IMG/VR virus record: IMGVR_UViG_650627003_000001
Span: 1 to 64,000 of that record
DNA from: a virus
Lineage: Duplodnaviria; Caudoviricetes
Direction: 5' to 3' (one strand)
DNA: 64,000 nt
A program made the translations under genes and the position numbers. Shown here piece after piece: positions 63,053-64,000 of the stretch. Position 1 is the stretch's first letter; every line of letters starts with the position of its first letter. The notes under the pieces were generated by a model. That model saw only the letters and a list, made by a program, of their open reading frames with translations, searched no databases and was not told the origin of the DNA.

Positions 63053-64000
63053 TCAGTATCGTGTTTTAATTTCTTCAATTGATTTTGTCGAAGTAACAAA
63101 GCTAAGCTTATCTGCACGAAGCTGTTGCAAGTCTTTACTAAGTTCAACAAGTTCTTTATTCAACTCTTCGATACGTTGAATAGTTGCAGACTCTTTACTA
63201 TCTATATTATCATACAAAGATTGTAAAGCTTGTGTCAAATCAACTTCTGCAATAGGTTTAGGCTCTTCGACTGCGAACTTATACTTTGTAAACACGTCTT
63301 CGAGTGGAGTAATAACCATTTCGATTATGGTACTTTTGCCAAAAGCTTTTTGCGATGGTTTATCGATTTCTTTAAACAATTTAGTTTGATTTAGGCCATG
63401 ATAAAATGCCCAACCAATTCTATTAGCTCGAGCTGTAACCTTCTTTTCATCTGATGTATACACATAAGAACAGCTTAAAACAAATTTTAACACGCCTTTA
63501 TCAAGAATAAACCCAAAGTGATAATTACCATCTGACGACAATACTCGAGTTTGACTGAATCCATGAGATCGTCGAATATATTGTGTCAACAAACATTCAC
63601 TTGTATATCGATGAATTAACGCAGTCAAAGGCTTTAAAGAATTGTTTAATTCTGTACACAACTCAAGAGTGCTTGTAATTCCTTCAAGGTTTCTACCTGC
63701 TACAGTTAGAACACCATCTTTAACTGTGCATCGTTTGAGTGAATTCTTTGCCAAGAAAACTGATGTTTCTGGGCGCTTCATGAGATATGTGACCACCATA
63801 CTAAAGTCTTTTTTAATTAATGCAGGATTTGCAGCAATAGCAAAAACTTCAGATGCAATTTTTTTAACGGTTACATCAGGAATCTCACCATAATGCTCAA
63901 TCTGATCGATATAAAAATTGACATATCGCTTTGCAGAATTGATATTATTTGGTCCAAGTGACGTGCTGGCTTTGTCCAATAGAATTTTTTCAAGAATTCG
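63053..64000 (-). CDS. hypothetical protein with C-terminal coiled coil, probably 5'-truncated
   Basis: Frame is open to the window edge. Confidence 0.65.
   Translation of the reverse strand, partial: RILEKILLDKASTSLGPNNINSAKRYVNFYIDQIEHYGEIPDVTVKKIASEVFAIAANPALIKKDFSMVVTYLMKRPETSVFLAKNSLKRCTVKDGVLTVAGRNLEGITSTLELCTELNNSLKPLTALIHRYTSECLLTQYIRRSHGFSQTRVLSSDGNYHFGFILDKGVLKFVLSCSYVYTSDEKKVTARANRIGWAFYHGLNQTKLFKEIDKPSQKAFGKSTIIEMVITPLEDVFTKYKFAVEEPKPIAEVDLTQALQSLYDNIDSKESATIQRIEELNKELVELSKDLQQLRADKLSFVTSTKSIEEIKTRY

Noticed and set aside
2000-63893. Plus-strand ORFs in the track
   Set aside because: They are antisense shadows of well-supported minus-strand genes, with no recognisable motifs
1-64000. 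tRNA or rRNA genes
   Set aside because: No cloverleaf or T-loop signature noticed in the short intergenic gaps; a tRNAscan-SE run would confirm

Overview
This window is the early/replication arm of an AT-rich T4-like (Straboviridae-type) myophage. It runs from rIIA through fused topoisomerase 39+60, dexA, dda, srd, 56, 61, 41, 40, uvsX, split polymerase 43B/43A, regA, 62, 44, 45, rpbA, 46, 47 and 55 to nrdH. Every credible gene is on the minus strand. An Acinetobacter host is a reasonable inference (split gp43, arabinose-type cytosine-modification cluster, Amidase_3 lysin) but cannot be proven here. Items that go beyond the routine annotation: (1) an Acb2 anti-CBASS sponge plus a partner gene, bracketed by a 78-bp degenerate duplication of the topoisomerase 3' end; (2) a wHTH-nucleotidyltransferase gene downstream of two small paralogues carrying three W-x-x-S-[ST]-x-x-C motifs; (3) an unannotated 39-aa ArfA-like ORF; (4) the dCMP-modification/arabinose cluster, with two homing endonucleases in or beside it; (5) repeated terminator-promoter cassettes with compensatory stem changes; (6) three late-promoter/RBS-hairpin switches; (7) a lone plus-strand promoter over a purine-rich non-coding tract, a candidate origin or sRNA; (8) at least four frameshifted accessory genes. 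All calls come from motif recognition by eye; no searches were run. No tRNA, rRNA or CRISPR array was seen.
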